DNA from: Leucoraja erinacea
Taxonomy: Eukaryota
Length of the DNA stretch: 64,000 nt
Assembly: GCF_028641065.1 (NCBI RefSeq)
Contig: NC_073404.1
Coordinates: 14,322,001-14,386,000, forward strand
Direction: 5' to 3'
The translations under genes and the position numbers were made by a program. Shown piece by piece: positions 62,701 to 64,000 of this stretch; position 1 is the stretch's first letter; every line of letters begins with the position of its first letter. The notes beneath the pieces were generated by a model. That model saw nothing but the letters and a program-made list of their open reading frames with translations, was not told where the DNA came from and did not search any database.

Positions 62701-63704
62701 TTAACATTTGTGTTCACATTTCTGCATTTGACACAGAATTGGGTGTTGCCCTATACTCTAAACATTATTGTGTCTGAAGAAGGGTCTCAACCCGAAATGT
62801 TGCCCATTCCTTCTCTCCATAGATGCTGCCTCATCCGCTGAGTTACTCCAGCAATTTGTGTCTACCTCTAACATTATTGAATTTATTAAAGGCCCTGCTG
62901 GTGCTATTTCATAGCCAGTTTCACCAGCTTGAGCATGTATCTTGTCAGTAATGTTGCACATTTTGGGTGCTTCTCTTCCCATTCATTCAAGTATTTCTTC
63001 TGTTTCTCGTTATTGTATTTCCCCTCAAAACAGATTCCAGAATTTTCTGAATTGCATGAGCCAGGTTCCATATCTCCCTCCTTTGTTGAATTGGCGGGTT
63101 TCCAATCCTTGGGGCCGCTCTAGAATTTAGATTGCAGCCAACACATTGAAAGAGCATGGAAACAGGCCATTTTGGTCCATTGAGTCCTTGCAGACCATCG
63201 AGCATCCATTGCTATCTCTGGAAACTCTCTTCCTTTAAAACCGTTGGGTGCAGTCTACCAGGTCCACAAAGCATTGCTCTGCATTTCAGCCTCCAGATGT
63301 TTTAAATTATTTATAAGATGGGGTGATGCTTGCAACATGCTGAATTTATTGTCTTCAGGAATGTAATCTAGCTTTTTAAACCTTCATATTTCATGTAGAA
63401 AGAAAGAAACTGCAGATGCTGGTTTACACAGTGCTGGAGTAGGTGAGGGAACAGAATATGGAAATATGACATCAGAATTGAAACCCAAGTTGCTGGACTG
63501 TGTGAATGGTTATCAAAATGGCAACTTTGTATTCCTGAATGCCCCTTCAAACCCAACATTATTGTAACCCTACATCAGTGTTAATGATTTATCTTTTAAT
63601 AACAAATACGTTATGAATATCCTCAGTTCGCTTTTCTATAGTCTTGTGCTAGTTTGTGTGTTTTTTTCTTTCAGGCCTGTGATTACCTGTCCGTGATCCT
63701 CTAG
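47715..63704 (+). CDS. RPAIN: RPA-interacting protein, complete gene, 7 exons, 226 aa
   Basis: Exons 47715-47789, 53054-53242, 57161-57233, 57894-58008, 61219-61282, 62541-62675 and 63675-63704 join in frame (681 nt). Motifs: HRALYK..PWKETYRKRC..RLKNSRARLLDRYR, VMEEEW, acidic middle, CPVC..CSCG zinc-finger cysteines, C-terminal SCQACDYLSVIL. Head-to-head with NUP88 as in other vertebrates. Confidence 0.95.
50520..51000 (-). mobile_element. Degenerate CR1 fragment (RPAIN intron 1)
   Basis: CR1-like CVELWSACCRKDIIKL on minus. Confidence 0.55.
51505..52345 (+). mobile_element. GC-rich non-autonomous retroposon (RPAIN intron 1), same family as 44955-45672
   Basis: Shared blocks; ends GACAATAAA(TTGTA)n. 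Confidence 0.55.
52346..52730 (+). mobile_element. RTE-like short retroposon
   Basis: GGTAAGGTCGAGGGGGAGG..CCAACCAAGACCTCAA resembles RTE 5' UTR sequence; (TAAG)n end. Confidence 0.45.
53054..53242 (+). CDS. RPAIN: RPAIN exon 2
   Basis: RCVARLKNSRARLLDRYR...VQEVMEEEW. Confidence 0.93.
53866..54208. mobile_element. Probable MITE with an internal inverted repeat
   Basis: TAGATCACTC ... GAGTGATCTA termini; internal 23-bp inverted repeat 53957-53979/54011-54033. Confidence 0.45.
54205..54482. mobile_element. Penelope terminus cluster with an intact minimal hammerhead core
   Basis: CTGAAGA-AGGGTCTTGACCC-GAAACGTC at 54288-54315, with tandem and inverted partial copies. Confidence 0.65.
55550..56860 (+). 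mobile_element. Non-autonomous pogo/Tigger-like DNA transposon, copy A (RPAIN intron 2)
   Basis: 24-bp perfect TIR CAGGTGCACAACCTTTTATCCGAA flanked by TA on both sides; subterminal CTGGTCCCAAG..TTTCGGATAA resembles Tigger4/Zombi ends; no transposase ORF. Confidence 0.88.
57161..57233 (+). CDS. RPAIN: RPAIN exon 3
   Basis: LAELEEIEQELISE, phase 0 to 1. Confidence 0.88.
57894..58008 (+). CDS. RPAIN: RPAIN exon 4
   Basis: QAIIEEYEASLQFDDACL...LVCPVCN. Confidence 0.93.
59062..61123 (-). mobile_element. Non-autonomous pogo/Tigger-like DNA transposon, copy B, inverted (RPAIN intron 4)
   Basis: Same TIR (23-bp match) with TA flanks; interior is the reverse complement of copy A with extra internal module duplications. 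Confidence 0.88.
61219..61282 (+). CDS. RPAIN: RPAIN exon 5
   Basis: NYLSVSSDFITCSCGMCINTQ|GTAAG. Confidence 0.9.
62541..62675 (+). CDS. RPAIN: RPAIN exon 6
   Basis: FRAFLEHNVTEHSNLC...LLMSCQ|GTGAG. Confidence 0.92.
63675..63704 (+). CDS. RPAIN: RPAIN exon 7 (stop)
   Basis: ACDYLSVIL*; AATAAA at 63840 and 63908 downstream. Confidence 0.9.
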   Translation, partial: ACDYLSVIL

Positions 63705-64000
63705 GTATCTATAATTCGTCTGAGATCCTATCACAAAAATAATGAACGCCTCTTCTGGGAAATTGAAATCTATTCATTGAGAAGACTGTGCTTTGCCACA
63801 CTGCACTTTAGTATTTGTTTTGCATTCTACATTTAATTTAATAAATATTTCTTTTTATTATATATTTGCTCCAGATGAGTCCTTTTTTTAATGCCCCGTT
63901 GATGTTCAATAAAATAAGAAATACTAAGACCTTAGCTTGCATTTCCAAGTTTGTAGGATGCAATTATATTATTTTTTTAATGTACTTGTGATAGGGCTGA

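Overview
Vertebrate genomic DNA; the CR1, V-SINE and Penelope repeat content suggests a cartilaginous fish such as a skate or ray (inference). Three intact multi-exon genes were reconstructed by hand with phase-consistent splice sites: an Aurora B-type kinase (minus strand, 8 coding exons, 11414-23203, 362 aa), NUP88 (minus, 17 exons, 29840-47565, 707 aa, one GC-AG intron) and RPAIN (plus, 7 exons, 47715-63704, 226 aa). NUP88 and RPAIN are head-to-head with only 149 bp between their ATGs. Bases 1-8527 are a near-identical second copy of 16816-26060 (tandem unit about 17.5 kb) carrying the AURKB promoter and exons 1-4. Its exon 4 lies in a scrambled, mosaic segment that looks like an assembly consensus artefact. 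Introns hold CR1, Rex1/Babar, RTE-like, V-SINE, hAT and pogo-type elements, plus many Penelope termini carrying minimal hammerhead ribozyme cores. The most unusual structure is a pair of oppositely oriented Tigger-like non-autonomous transposons bracketing RPAIN exons 3-4; each carries a tRNA-like Pol III cassette and a large internal hairpin. I found no convincing wholly new protein-coding system.
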